Source: Nostoc sp. PCC 7120 = FACHB-418
GTDB taxonomy: Bacteria; Cyanobacteriota; Cyanobacteriia; Cyanobacteriales; Nostocaceae
Length of the DNA: 32,000 nt
Reading direction: 5' to 3'
Assembly (NCBI RefSeq): GCF_000009705.1
Contig: NC_003272.1
Span: 1,500,001 to 1,532,000, forward strand
A program made the translations under genes and the position numbers. Shown here in pieces: positions 16,774 through 26,307 of this stretch. The notes beneath the pieces are model-generated. The model was not told where the DNA came from, ran no database searches, and worked only from the letters and a program-made list of their open reading frames with translations. Each line of letters opens with the position of its first letter. Position 1 is the stretch's first letter.

Positions 16774-19371
16774 ATGCTTCATCCAGTTCTGCCGCCTGCA
16801 CCGCCTTCCCTTGTTGAACCTATACAACCTGCAAATTCCACCCCATCTGCTAGTGATAGTCGATTTTATTTAGTTAGTGAGATTGATCCCACTCAGCAAA
16901 AAAAACCAGAAACCGCCAAACCTCTAGAGACACAGTTGCAAAGTTCAACTGTAGAGAAAACAGAAGATTCTTTGCAGTTACCAAAACCCACCAGCCATAA
17001 AACAGACCATTTAATCGCAACTCCTGTTCTGTCAAAGCCCAGTACACCAGAAACCTTTACTTCAGAATTTTCTCCCCTTACCCCTTCTAGTAGCGCCGTT
17101 AATTTAGGACAAACCTTGGCAATTGGTTATTCTGTCCAAAACAATACAAGTGCCAATTCCCCAGTCTTCCCTACAGCAACAATTCCTCAATCTGTCCAAA
17201 ACAATACAAGTACTAATTCCCCAGTCTTCCCTACAGCGAAAATTCTGCCAGATGTATCACCTCCAACAAAACTAGTCGCCTCGCCATTGACTAAGCAAGA
17301 ACAGAAAGACGAGGTTACTGTACAACAGACTGGGGACAAAATTAATATCTCTGTATCTGATAGTGACCCAGTAGTTAATAATCAACCAATTCAAAATGTT
17401 ATTGAGTTTAAGTCGCGCAACTCGTTAAATAAACTATCAATACAAACTGTCACGCCACCTCTTAGTTCACAAGCACAGTCACCAATAACAACTCAAACAC
17501 CTGCTACACCCAACAATACATTACCAGCCCGACAAAGAATTGTAGAAGTGACTTCAGATCGGCAGGAGTATGATGAGCAAAGACGCGTTATTACTGCCGA
17601 AGGTAATGTATTAGTACGGTTTGATGGGGCGCTGCTGGATGCCGATCGCGTGCAGGTTAATTTAGATAACTTGATTGCGGCAGGAGAGGGAGATGTAGTT
17701 TTAACTAGAGGAGATCAACTATTACGAGGACAACGCTTTACTTATAATTTTGTCCAAGACACTGGGGAATTAGAAAACGGAAGCGGTGAAATCAACGTAC
17801 CCTCAGCATCAAGAGATTTTGCTTTCTTACCCACTGATGTGACTGCTGGTGGCGTTCCACAACAAGCACCAAGCAACTCCATCCGCACCAATCAACCTTT
17901 TGCTAATGTCAGTAGTCCCGGTGGCATTGAGTTTACATTTGGTGGCGGAAGCGAAGCTAGTAATCTTCCTCCTCCCAAGGCTGGGGGTGAGGTGAAGCGT
18001 ATTAGGTTTGAAGCCGAGCAAATTGATTTCTATCCTCGTGGTTGGCAAGCGCGAAATGTGCGCCTCACAAATGACCCATTTTCACCACCAGAATTGGAGT
18101 TACGGGCAGATACAGTCACCGTCACGCGGGAAGCCCCTTTAGTTGATCGGATCACCACACAGCGACAGCGCTTAGTTTTTGACCAAGGCTTGACCTTACC
18201 AATCCCCATAAATCAGCAGAAAATCGACCGTCGAGAACGGGATACCACACCCTTTATCGTCTCTCCTGGCTATGATGGCGATAAGCGGGGCGGTGTTTTT
18301 ATTGAGCGCGGTTTTACACCTATTAGTACAGATAGTACTAATTTGCAGATCACACCCCAGTTTTTCGTCCAGAAAGCCATACAAGACAGTGATGATGTGA
18401 CGGGGTTATTTGGTGTCAAAGCCAGATTAAATTCTGTTTTAGGTACCCGATCCGTACTTGAAGGTATCGGAGAACTAACTAGTTTCAATTTTGACGACAT
18501 AGACGAGAATTTAAAAGCGAGTTTGCGTTTACGCCAATCTTTAGGCGATCGCAATCCTCATGTGGTGAATTGGGAATATAGTTACCGCGATCGCCTCTAT
18601 AACGGTACACTTGGCTTTCAAACTGTCCAAAGCAGTTTGGGTGGTGTGATTACTTCTCCAGTTATTCCTCTAGGGAACTCTGGGATCAATCTCAGCTATC
18701 AAGCCGGCGCGCAGTATATCAACGCCAACACCGACCGCCAAGACTTGCTAGATCCCATCAGAACCAATGATCGAGTCTCTCTTGGTCGCCTACAAGGTAG
18801 CGCCGCCCTGAGTAAAGGGTTTTTACTATGGCAAGGAAAACCACTACCACCCACAGCCACAGAAGGTTTAAGATATACAGCTAGTCCTGTAGTTCCTTAC
18901 TTACAGGCGATCGCTGGTATTACTGGTACTTCTAGCTACTACACCAATGGCGACAATCAAAGCACCCTGATTGGCACAGTTGGCTTAGTAGGGCAGCTTG
19001 GTCATTTTTCTCGCCCCTTCCTTGACTATACAGCTTTTAACGTCCGTTATTCCCAAGGTTTAACCAGTGGACTATCGCCCTTTTTGTTTGACCGCTACGT
19101 TGATGAAAGAGTACTCAGTGCTGGTATTTCCCAACAAATTTACGGCCCTTGGCGTTTAGGTTTTCAAACATCAATTAACTTAGATACTGGTAAAGAAAGT
19201 AGCACAGACTACATTGTTGAATATAGCCGACGCACTTACGGAATCACCTTGCGCTACAATCCGGTACTGGAATTAGGCGCTTTTAGCATCCGGATTAGCG
19301 ACTTTAACTGGACTGGCGGTGCAGATCCATTTTCGGAAGTTAGACCAGTTGTTGGTGGTGTGAGTCAGTAG
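16774..19371 (+). CDS. LptD/OstA-like outer-membrane protein (OstA-type N-domain plus cyanobacterial DUF3769-type C-terminal region) with a long Pro/Ser/Thr-rich N-terminal region
   Basis: RIVEVTSDRQEYDEQRRVITAEGNVLVRFDGALLDADRVQVNLDNLIAAGEGDVVLTRGDQLLRGQRFTYNF is an OstA/LptA-fold signature. The C-terminal half is rich in alternating beta-strand-like segments. The start is ambiguous: TTG at 16762 or ATG at 16774, with an in-frame TGA at 16759-16761. Confidence 0.78.
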   Translation: MLHPVLPPAPPSLVEPIQPANSTPSASDSRFYLVSEIDPTQQKKPETAKPLETQLQSSTVEKTEDSLQLPKPTSHKTDHLIATPVLSKPSTPETFTSEFSPLTPSSSAVNLGQTLAIGYSVQNNTSANSPVFPTATIPQSVQNNTSTNSPVFPTAKILPDVSPPTKLVASPLTKQEQKDEVTVQQTGDKINISVSDSDPVVNNQPIQNVIEFKSRNSLNKLSIQTVTPPLSSQAQSPITTQTPATPNNTLPARQRIVEVTSDRQEYDEQRRVITAEGNVLVRFDGALLDADRVQVNLDNLIAAGEGDVVLTRGDQLLRGQRFTYNFVQDTGELENGSGEINVPSASRDFAFLPTDVTAGGVPQQAPSNSIRTNQPFANVSSPGGIEFTFGGGSEASNLPPPKAGGEVKRIRFEAEQIDFYPRGWQARNVRLTNDPFSPPELELRADTVTVTREAPLVDRITTQRQRLVFDQGLTLPIPINQQKIDRRERDTTPFIVSPGYDGDKRGGVFIERGFTPISTDSTNLQITPQFFVQKAIQDSDDVTGLFGVKARLNSVLGTRSVLEGIGELTSFNFDDIDENLKASLRLRQSLGDRNPHVVNWEYSYRDRLYNGTLGFQTVQSSLGGVITSPVIPLGNSGINLSYQAGAQYINANTDRQDLLDPIRTNDRVSLGRLQGSAALSKGFLLWQGKPLPPTATEGLRYTASPVVPYLQAIAGITGTSSYYTNGDNQSTLIGTVGLVGQLGHFSRPFLDYTAFNVRYSQGLTSGLSPFLFDRYVDERVLSAGISQQIYGPWRLGFQTSINLDTGKESSTDYIVEYSRRTYGITLRYNPVLELGAFSIRISDFNWTGGADPFSEVRPVVGGVSQ
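17131..17250 (+). repeat. Tandem 60-nt duplication inside the LptD-like CDS
   Basis: tctgtccaaaacaatacaagt(gcc/act)aattccccagtcttccctacagc... appears twice, encoding SVQNNTSANSPVFPTATIPQ and SVQNNTSTNSPVFPTAKILP. Confidence 0.9.
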
Positions 19372-19409
19372 TGAAGACTACCTTTGTTGATCAACAACTG
19401 ACAACTGAA

Positions 19410-20906
19410 TTATTGATAATTTAAAGGTAAAGTAATTGTAAACGTAGTCCCCATACCTTCTTGAGAGCTAAAAGCAATTTCTCCTTTGTGGGCTTCAACG
19501 CATCTTTTAACTATCACTAAACCTAGCCCAGTACCCTGAATTGATTGAGAATTAGACGCTCGATAAAATGATTCAAATAGATGGGATTGATCTGCGATGG
19601 GAATACCAATACCTTCGTCTTGAATCTGAAAAATTGCCACGCCTTTAGTTTGATCACAAGTTAAATCAAACCTGATAGTTTCATTTTGGGGAGAATACTT
19701 GACGGCGTTAGAAAGTAAGTTTACAAATATGTAATGTAATAGCCGTTCATCCATAAACGCATTTGTCGTTTCATCACTACAAGTAAAAATAATTTCATGT
19801 CCGCTAGTTTCCACAGCTGTGAATTCTTCTATTAACTCTTGACAAAATTCCTTTAAATTCAAGAGTACAAGGTTACACTCAAGCTTTGCTGCTTCCGATT
19901 TCCCCATAAAAAGGACATCTTCCATGAGTAACTTCATGGATTGTACAGCACCTTTAATTCTCCTTATATATGTGTTTTTTTTGGTTTCGGTTAGATTTTG
20001 TCCGTGTAATTCTATCAGTTCTATTGCTGTTTGTATTACACTCAAAGGATTACGAAATTCATGAGAGACAGTAGAGATAAATAAGGATTTAAGATGATTC
20101 AGTTCTCGTTCTTTTTGTAGTGCTTGCTCTAGTAGTTCTGTTTGTCTTCGTTCACTGAGATCCCAAAAAACAATTACCACACCGTTGATTTTGTTTGGTA
20201 GTCCCATGATGGGCGAAGCACTATCACCGATAGGCACTCTTCTGCCGTCTTTTGTGATCAAAGATGTATATTCGTCTAAATAAACTACTTTTTGTTCTCT
20301 GAGAACTTTTGTAACTGGGTTTTCTAAAACATTTTCTGTAACTTCGTCAATGATATTAAAAATCTGGGATACCTCGTGTCCAATCGCATCTGCTTGATGC
20401 CAACCAGTAATTTCCTCGGCGGCTGGGTTCATAAATGTGACATTTCCAGACTCATCAGTGGCGATAACCGCATCACTAATTGAGTTTAAGAGCGTTGCTA
20501 ATCGGTCACGATTTTCTCTTATGTCCCTTTCTAAGCGATGTTTCATCAAACCCATTTCAATGGAAATACGCAAATCCTTAGATGTAAATGGTTTTACAAT
20601 ATACCCCAATGGTTGAGTTATCTTTGCCCGTTCTATAGTATTATCATCGCCATAAGCAGTTAAAAATATAACTGGTATATCTAAGTGTTCCCGAATGTAA
20701 CTGGCAGTGGTGATACCATCGATTTCACCTTTGAGGATAATATCCATGAAAACTAGTTCTGGGCTAGTCTCTATTGCTTTAGCGATCGCCGCTTTTCCAG
20801 AAGAGGCTGTACCTGTAACAACATAACCTAGTTGATTAAGTTGACTAGCAATAGTTCTAGCTACGATCACTTCATCTTCAACGACTAAAATTTTGACTGG
20901 CTCCAT
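19410..20906 (-). CDS. Hybrid two-component protein: N-terminal receiver (REC), PAS, HisKA and HATPase_c
   Basis: REC: KILVVEDE...FMDIILKG...KPF. PAS: LLNSISDAVIATDESGNVTFMNPAAEEITGW. H-box: SHEFRNPL. ATPase G-boxes: DEGIGI and GTGLGL. Confidence 0.9.
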   Translation of the reverse strand: MEPVKILVVEDEVIVARTIASQLNQLGYVVTGTASSGKAAIAKAIETSPELVFMDIILKGEIDGITTASYIREHLDIPVIFLTAYGDDNTIERAKITQPLGYIVKPFTSKDLRISIEMGLMKHRLERDIRENRDRLATLLNSISDAVIATDESGNVTFMNPAAEEITGWHQADAIGHEVSQIFNIIDEVTENVLENPVTKVLREQKVVYLDEYTSLITKDGRRVPIGDSASPIMGLPNKINGVVIVFWDLSERRQTELLEQALQKERELNHLKSLFISTVSHEFRNPLSVIQTAIELIELHGQNLTETKKNTYIRRIKGAVQSMKLLMEDVLFMGKSEAAKLECNLVLLNLKEFCQELIEEFTAVETSGHEIIFTCSDETTNAFMDERLLHYIFVNLLSNAVKYSPQNETIRFDLTCDQTKGVAIFQIQDEGIGIPIADQSHLFESFYRASNSQSIQGTGLGLVIVKRCVEAHKGEIAFSSQEGMGTTFTITLPLNYQ

Positions 20907-20927
20907 TGTAAATTTACAGTTGTTCAG

Positions 20928-23753
20928 TTAATGCGGAAATTGGATTTTAAATGTAGTTCCGGGTTGACGTTCGATACTAACAGTGCCTTCTAGTTGTTCT
21001 GTTACTAAGTCATGAACTAACGAAAGACCTAAAGAATCTGTATACCGCCAATCTAAATTATCTGGTAAACCGATACCATTATCTTTAATAGTCAGATCAA
21101 TTTTGTCATCAACTTTTTGTAAATCAATTTTTATTGCGCCTGTTGTTTTTTGAGGAAAAGCGTGTTTAAGAGAATTGGAAATTAGTTCATTGATAATTAA
21201 GCCGCAGGCAATGGCTTGATCAAGATTTAACTCAACCGGGTGGATATGAGTTTCTAAGCTGATTTTTCCTGGCTCTAATTGATAGGATATTAAAATACTC
21301 GTAGCTAAATTATTGATATAATCAACAACATCAAGTTGTCCAATATTTGGTGAAGTATATAAGTTCTTATGAATCATCGAGATGGACTCAACACGGTTTT
21401 GACTTTCTTGCAGAGTTCTGATTAATTCTGGGTCTTTGAGTGTTTGAGAATGAAGTAGTAATAATCCAGAAACTATCTGTAAATTATTTTTAACCCGATG
21501 ATGAACCTCTTTGAGTAAAACTTCTTTTTCCGCTAAGGCACTTCTCAAGCGAACTTCTACTTTTTGGCGTTCAGCCAATTCATTCTGGGCTTGTTGAAGT
21601 ATGCTTGATTGTTGGATGGCGATCGCAATCGGGACGGAAAGTTGGTCAAGCAAATCTAGTTCATGTGCTTCCCAGTCCCTTGGGGTAGAACATTGATGGG
21701 CTATTAATAAACCCCAAAGCTGCGGCACAGTGTTGCCTTCACTGACTTCTAACAGAATAGGTACAACTAAGTTGGCTTTAACTTGAAATTGTTCTAATAA
21801 ACGCAGATGACAATCAGTTAATTCGGCTGTGTAGATGTTAGCGATCGCTCTTTTGTGTCCTTGACGATAATCTGCTCCTGCTCCTGACTGGAAACAATTA
21901 TCTTGAATATCTGCGCCTAGAGCAATTTTCCATCCAGGCTTCACCGATTCTGCTACAATTTTACCACTCATATCTGGGGCAAACTGATAAACCACGACCC
22001 TATCGACATCAAGCAAGTCTTTAATTTCTTTAACTGTGGCATTGAGAATATTTTGTAGATTCAGCGATTGGCGAATCCGTTGAGCAACAGCACGCATTAA
22101 CTGTTCTCGCTCAACCTGTCCCTTCAAAGCCCGTTCGGTTTGTTTACGCTTGGTAATTTCTTGACCAATACCAATTATGCGACCATCGGCAAGTTTGATA
22201 TTTATCCAAGAAGTATCTAATACTTGCCCATATCTTGTTTGAGTTCTAAAATCACACCAAATACATTCCCCGGATTGGATAAAATTGATGACTAATTGAC
22301 GATATTCAGGCTGAGGATATAATTCTGCAAAAATATCAAGGGTTTGATAATCTCTCAAACTCCAACCTAAAAGACGATCTAATTCTTGATTTACCCATTG
22401 AATCTGACCTTCAGGACTAATCAGTGCAATCATCAACGGGATACCAGTAAAAATACTTTGTAAAAGTGCATTTTTTTCTTGCAATTTGGCTTCAATATTT
22501 TTGCGCTCTGTAATATCGTAGAGTACGGTTAAAATTGCATATTCATTATTGAAATTTAAGTACTGAATTGAGGCGATCGCCCAAAATGAAGTCCCGTCAC
22601 TTTTCTTGAATTGAATATCATAATTCTGAAGTGATCCATGTTGACTAAGAGCTTCTAATATCTGCTGTCGGTCTTCTGGATTTTCGTATAAATCTGCGGC
22701 ATAGTGATTAATTAAATCATTTCCAGATAGCTGGAATGTTTGCAGAAATTCGGAATTAGTATATAAAATTAAGCCATCATCAACGCGGGAAATTACCAAA
22801 GGTACAGGAATTGCTTCCAAAATAGTTCTAACTCTGGTTTCACTTTTTTGTAGGTTCCGTTCTATTTGAATATGTTCGGTAATATTTATGGCATCGACTA
22901 AACAAGCTTTATAACCTGAATGTTCTATATAATTAATAGCTAATTCAACATCAATAACTTGTCCACTACTTAGACGATGCTGGCATTCCATCAGGAAGGG
23001 AAATTGAAAGTTCTCCTGTTCTATATCTCTGATTAAATCTGAGATAAACTCAGGTACGAAAACTTGGGCAAGCTGCATTTCTAAAAACTCTGCTCTTGAG
23101 TAACCATATTGTGTAATAGCAGCTTGATTAACATCTAAAATTTGTAAAGTTCGCCGCTCACATATCCATATAGGACGAGGATTATTTGTGAACAATAAAT
23201 GAACATATAAGCTGCTTTCATGGCTAATTTGCTTTCGGTGTAACTCTAATTGTCTGATGACTTGACGCGCTAAACGTTTGAGTATTCGTTGTTCTTTTAA
23301 ACTCAAGTTACGAGGGGTAGAATCTATCACAGCCAGACAACCCAAGGCAAAACCCTCAGAGTTAATTAAGGGAACTCCTGCATAGAAACGGAAAGCGGTT
23401 GGCTTTTGCCTCACTAGGGGATTTTCTACAAATCGTTCATCTTGCCAGGTATCAGGAATAATCAATATGTCATTCTGCCCAATTGTATGAATACCAAGAC
23501 AGATATTACGTGGTATTTCTAATTCAGTAATTCCTACTTTTGACTTAAACCATTCTCTTTGAGCGTCTAAAATACTGATTAGAGCGATCGGTGTATTACA
23601 GCTATCAGCAGCAAGATTTACCAGATCGTCAAACTCTTCTTCTGGTGGTGTATCTAAAATGCGATATTGATAGAGCGTTTCTAAGCGTGAGCTTTCACTG
23701 TCGTTAAACAACATTATTGCTTTATTTGAGGAAAAATTGATGATATGCTGCAT
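20928..23753 (-). CDS. Multi-sensor histidine kinase (GAF, three PAS-like regions, GAF, HisKA_2/HWE-type kinase core)
   Basis: N-terminal GAF signature YRILDTPPEEEFDDLV...AGVPL. Repeated PAS-like blocks ending in ITERK/ITKRK. H-box EVHHRVKNNLQIV is typical of HisKA_2. ATPase IKDNGIGLP...GLSLV. It lies 21 nt upstream of the next gene, so an operon is likely. Confidence 0.88.
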   Translation of the reverse strand: MQHIINFSSNKAIMLFNDSESSRLETLYQYRILDTPPEEEFDDLVNLAADSCNTPIALISILDAQREWFKSKVGITELEIPRNICLGIHTIGQNDILIIPDTWQDERFVENPLVRQKPTAFRFYAGVPLINSEGFALGCLAVIDSTPRNLSLKEQRILKRLARQVIRQLELHRKQISHESSLYVHLLFTNNPRPIWICERRTLQILDVNQAAITQYGYSRAEFLEMQLAQVFVPEFISDLIRDIEQENFQFPFLMECQHRLSSGQVIDVELAINYIEHSGYKACLVDAINITEHIQIERNLQKSETRVRTILEAIPVPLVISRVDDGLILYTNSEFLQTFQLSGNDLINHYAADLYENPEDRQQILEALSQHGSLQNYDIQFKKSDGTSFWAIASIQYLNFNNEYAILTVLYDITERKNIEAKLQEKNALLQSIFTGIPLMIALISPEGQIQWVNQELDRLLGWSLRDYQTLDIFAELYPQPEYRQLVINFIQSGECIWCDFRTQTRYGQVLDTSWINIKLADGRIIGIGQEITKRKQTERALKGQVEREQLMRAVAQRIRQSLNLQNILNATVKEIKDLLDVDRVVVYQFAPDMSGKIVAESVKPGWKIALGADIQDNCFQSGAGADYRQGHKRAIANIYTAELTDCHLRLLEQFQVKANLVVPILLEVSEGNTVPQLWGLLIAHQCSTPRDWEAHELDLLDQLSVPIAIAIQQSSILQQAQNELAERQKVEVRLRSALAEKEVLLKEVHHRVKNNLQIVSGLLLLHSQTLKDPELIRTLQESQNRVESISMIHKNLYTSPNIGQLDVVDYINNLATSILISYQLEPGKISLETHIHPVELNLDQAIACGLIINELISNSLKHAFPQKTTGAIKIDLQKVDDKIDLTIKDNGIGLPDNLDWRYTDSLGLSLVHDLVTEQLEGTVSIERQPGTTFKIQFPH

Positions 23754-24032
23754 TTTTAAGGATAAATTTCAGCTTTAAACTCATCTGTAAAGTCTAGCTA
23801 AATTTTTGATTATTTCTTATAACTATATGCTTACTGTTCAATTTGGAAATAATGCTTATTATGGTTGATAATGCTTACTATATCAGGGGTTTGTTGGACA
23901 ATGGTTACAATATAGAAATTTAGATATATTCAAAGATTACGCCAAATTACTATATTTTAAATAGGACTTATACCAATTTTCGATGAAGATACGCGTAATT
24001 ATTTTAGAACTAGCGAATTGTTACGAGAAAAT

Positions 24033-24103
24033 CTCTGCGTACCTTGGCGCTAACCACCCTGCGGGTAGCCGAAGCGTCTACAGCCTTACTCCGCATTAAA
24101 AAG
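24033..24103. repeat. Dispersed short repeat (MITE-like), long form, inverted relative to 9668-9715
   Basis: The reverse complement, ctttttaatgcggagtaaggc-[about 25-nt insert]-ggttagcgccaaggtacgcagag, shares both termini with 9668-9715. Confidence 0.5.
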
Positions 24104-24149
24104 ACTGAAATTTGGCGCAGCTAGTTAATAGTGATACTTGCAAAAACAG

Positions 24150-24173
24150 TAGCCTACGGCAAAGCGTAGGCTA
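24150..24173 (-). terminator. Probable intrinsic terminator of the response-regulator gene
   Basis: tagcctacg-gcaaag-cgtaggcta is a 9-bp stem. On the minus strand it is followed by ctgtttttgc. Confidence 0.5.
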
Positions 24174-24409
24174 GATAGGAAACAACTATGACTCTCAACT
24201 TATAATCGATAGCGATCGCTTTGATCAAATTCTCTATGGACTGACAAGCAGTTGACTTTCTCCGGCACTTACCTAAGGTATTTTAAATGCTACATAGCGT
24301 TACTGTACGCAGTCGGCAATAGTGTAACCTCTGTATACAACACGCCCTATAAAGCCTAAGCGTGCCACAGAGAACATAAAGATACTCTCCCACCGACCGC
24401 AGCTCATCG

Positions 24410-25051
24410 CTACTTAATTTTTTGTTTAATAAAAGTGACTACTTGCGCGAGCTGTTTCTTCAAACCTTCAATTTCTGCCTGCATTTTAGCAACTTTGTCA
24501 TTAAGTGCTTGAATTTCAGCAGCCGCATCTGCATCTATTCCAGCCGTTGCTACTTTAGTAGTTGTAGCAACAGTAGGTGCAGCTACTGTTGCTACAGCGC
24601 CATGTGTAATAGTAGCAGTGGCGGCTGTATTGCCATTCTTAGCAGCAACTGCTCCCACTGGTTCTTGGCGCGGTAGTTTAGCCTTAGTCATTGCTGACTT
24701 AATCGCATTAATTAGCTGTTTCTGATCAAACGGTTTACCCAAAAATTCAAAATACTCGAAAGGTTCGGTGATTTTTTCCGTCACCTCTTCCTTCCTCCCA
24801 GACATAATTACCAAGGGAATTTTTCTCAGTTCAGGATGAGCTTGAACTTGCTGGAATACTTCCCAACCACTCAATTTAGGCAGCAGGAAATCCAACATGA
24901 TCAAGCTGAGTTTTTCTTGTCGGATGAGATTTATCCCTTCCAAGCCGTCCTTGGCTTCTAATGCCTCAAAATTGCCAGGGGGCAACATTTCACGTACTTT
25001 TACCCTGACAACGGTAGTGTCATCGATAACTAAAATTTTGTTACTTGCCAC
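24410..25051 (-). CDS. Response regulator: CheY-like receiver, Ala/Thr-rich linker, C-terminal coiled coil, no recognisable DNA-binding domain
   Basis: GTG start. Receiver residues are present: VIDDT, IMLDF (phospho-acceptor Asp), VIMSG, GKPF. The tail is AAEIQALNDKVAKMQAEIEGLKKQLAQV. Confidence 0.85.
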   Translation of the reverse strand: MASNKILVIDDTTVVRVKVREMLPPGNFEALEAKDGLEGINLIRQEKLSLIMLDFLLPKLSGWEVFQQVQAHPELRKIPLVIMSGRKEEVTEKITEPFEYFEFLGKPFDQKQLINAIKSAMTKAKLPRQEPVGAVAAKNGNTAATATITHGAVATVAAPTVATTTKVATAGIDADAAAEIQALNDKVAKMQAEIEGLKKQLAQVVTFIKQKIK

Positions 25052-25388
25052 GACTGATTACTCTAAAAGAATATTGAAGTTTAAATAGCTGCTTCCCTGA
25101 GGGATGCTGTGTGAATTCCGAATGACCGTGAGAATCTCCCCACTATATCCAACATTGTTATTAATTGGGGGATAGTATATTTCGGTATAAATGTCGTCGT
25201 CGGCAGTGTTTAACAAAACTTTTAGGAGATGGAGTAATGAGGGAAAATAGAAGAGAATTTATACTCATTTGGTATGACGCATTCTCTACGTCTGTCTTTC
25301 ATTTGAAGTTATATTTCTCTTCATCCCCCTTCTCCTGCAACCATTACATACAAGAGATATTTATTTTTATCTAGTCAACTACAAGCCT

Positions 25389-26291
25389 ATGACTGCCTCA
25401 CAATCTGCTCAGTTTAAGTCGGAAATTACGGCAATGCCCAGTTGGTTGCGCCGTCCCATTGGCAAAGCTAGCGAACTGTCAACAGTACAGCGCATTATTA
25501 AGCAGCGTCAAATTCATACAATTTGTGAAGAAGGTCGCTGCCCGAATCGGGGTGAGTGCTATGCCCAAAAAACGGCTACATTCTTACTTATGGGGCCTAC
25601 CTGCACCCGTGTCTGTGCTTTTTGTCAAGTCGATAAAGGTCATGCACCGATGCCACTTGACCCAGAGGAAGGGCAAAAGGTGGCAGAAGCGGTACAACTT
25701 TTGGGACTGCGTTATGTAGTACTTACGTCTGTAGCTCGTGATGATTTACAAGACCAGGGAGCAAGCCACTTTGTCCAAACTATGGAGGCAATCCGTCAAT
25801 TAAATCCAGGTACTCAAATTGAAGTTTTGACACCGGATTTTTGGGGTGGTGCAGGTGCGGGGGAATCCGGACAACGCCAGCGCATAAAAATGATTGTAGA
25901 GGCACAACCGGCTTGTTTTAACCATAACATTGAGACAGTGCGCCGCTTAACCGGGCCAGTACGCCGGGGTGCGAAATACGATCGCTCTTTGCGAGTTCTT
26001 TCTCTGGTCAAAGAACTCAACCCCCGTATTCCCACCAAATCAGGCTTAATGGTGGGATATGGCGAGACGGTTGCTGAACTAGTTGAAGCAATGACAGACT
26101 TAAGGAACATAGGATGCGATCGCCTAACTATTGGTCAGTATATGCGCCCATCCCTAGAACATCTACCAGTCCAAAAATATTGGACACCAGAAGAATTTGA
26201 GCATCTAGGCAAACTAGCCAGAGAAATGGGCTTTAGCCATGTCCGTTCGGCTCCACTAGTTCGCAGTTCCTATCATGCTGGAGAGGAGTGA
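25389..26291 (+). CDS. lipA: Lipoyl synthase (radical SAM)
   Basis: [12 protein letters not shown] (auxiliary cluster) and CTRVCAFC (CxxxCxxC radical-SAM motif). 300 aa, ATG start. Confidence 0.95.
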   Translation: MTASQSAQFKSEITAMPSWLRRPIGKASELSTVQRIIKQRQIHTICEEGRCPNRGECYAQKTATFLLMGPTCTRVCAFCQVDKGHAPMPLDPEEGQKVAEAVQLLGLRYVVLTSVARDDLQDQGASHFVQTMEAIRQLNPGTQIEVLTPDFWGGAGAGESGQRQRIKMIVEAQPACFNHNIETVRRLTGPVRRGAKYDRSLRVLSLVKELNPRIPTKSGLMVGYGETVAELVEAMTDLRNIGCDRLTIGQYMRPSLEHLPVQKYWTPEEFEHLGKLAREMGFSHVRSAPLVRSSYHAGEE

Positions 26292-26307
26292 AGAGGTAGG
26301 GGTGTGG

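Noticed and set aside
15545-18554. Antisense ORFs inside the acetyltransferase gene (15545-15868, 15889-16110) and the LptD-like gene (17827-18048, 18196-18384, 18270-18554)
   Set aside because: These are shadow ORFs within supported genes.
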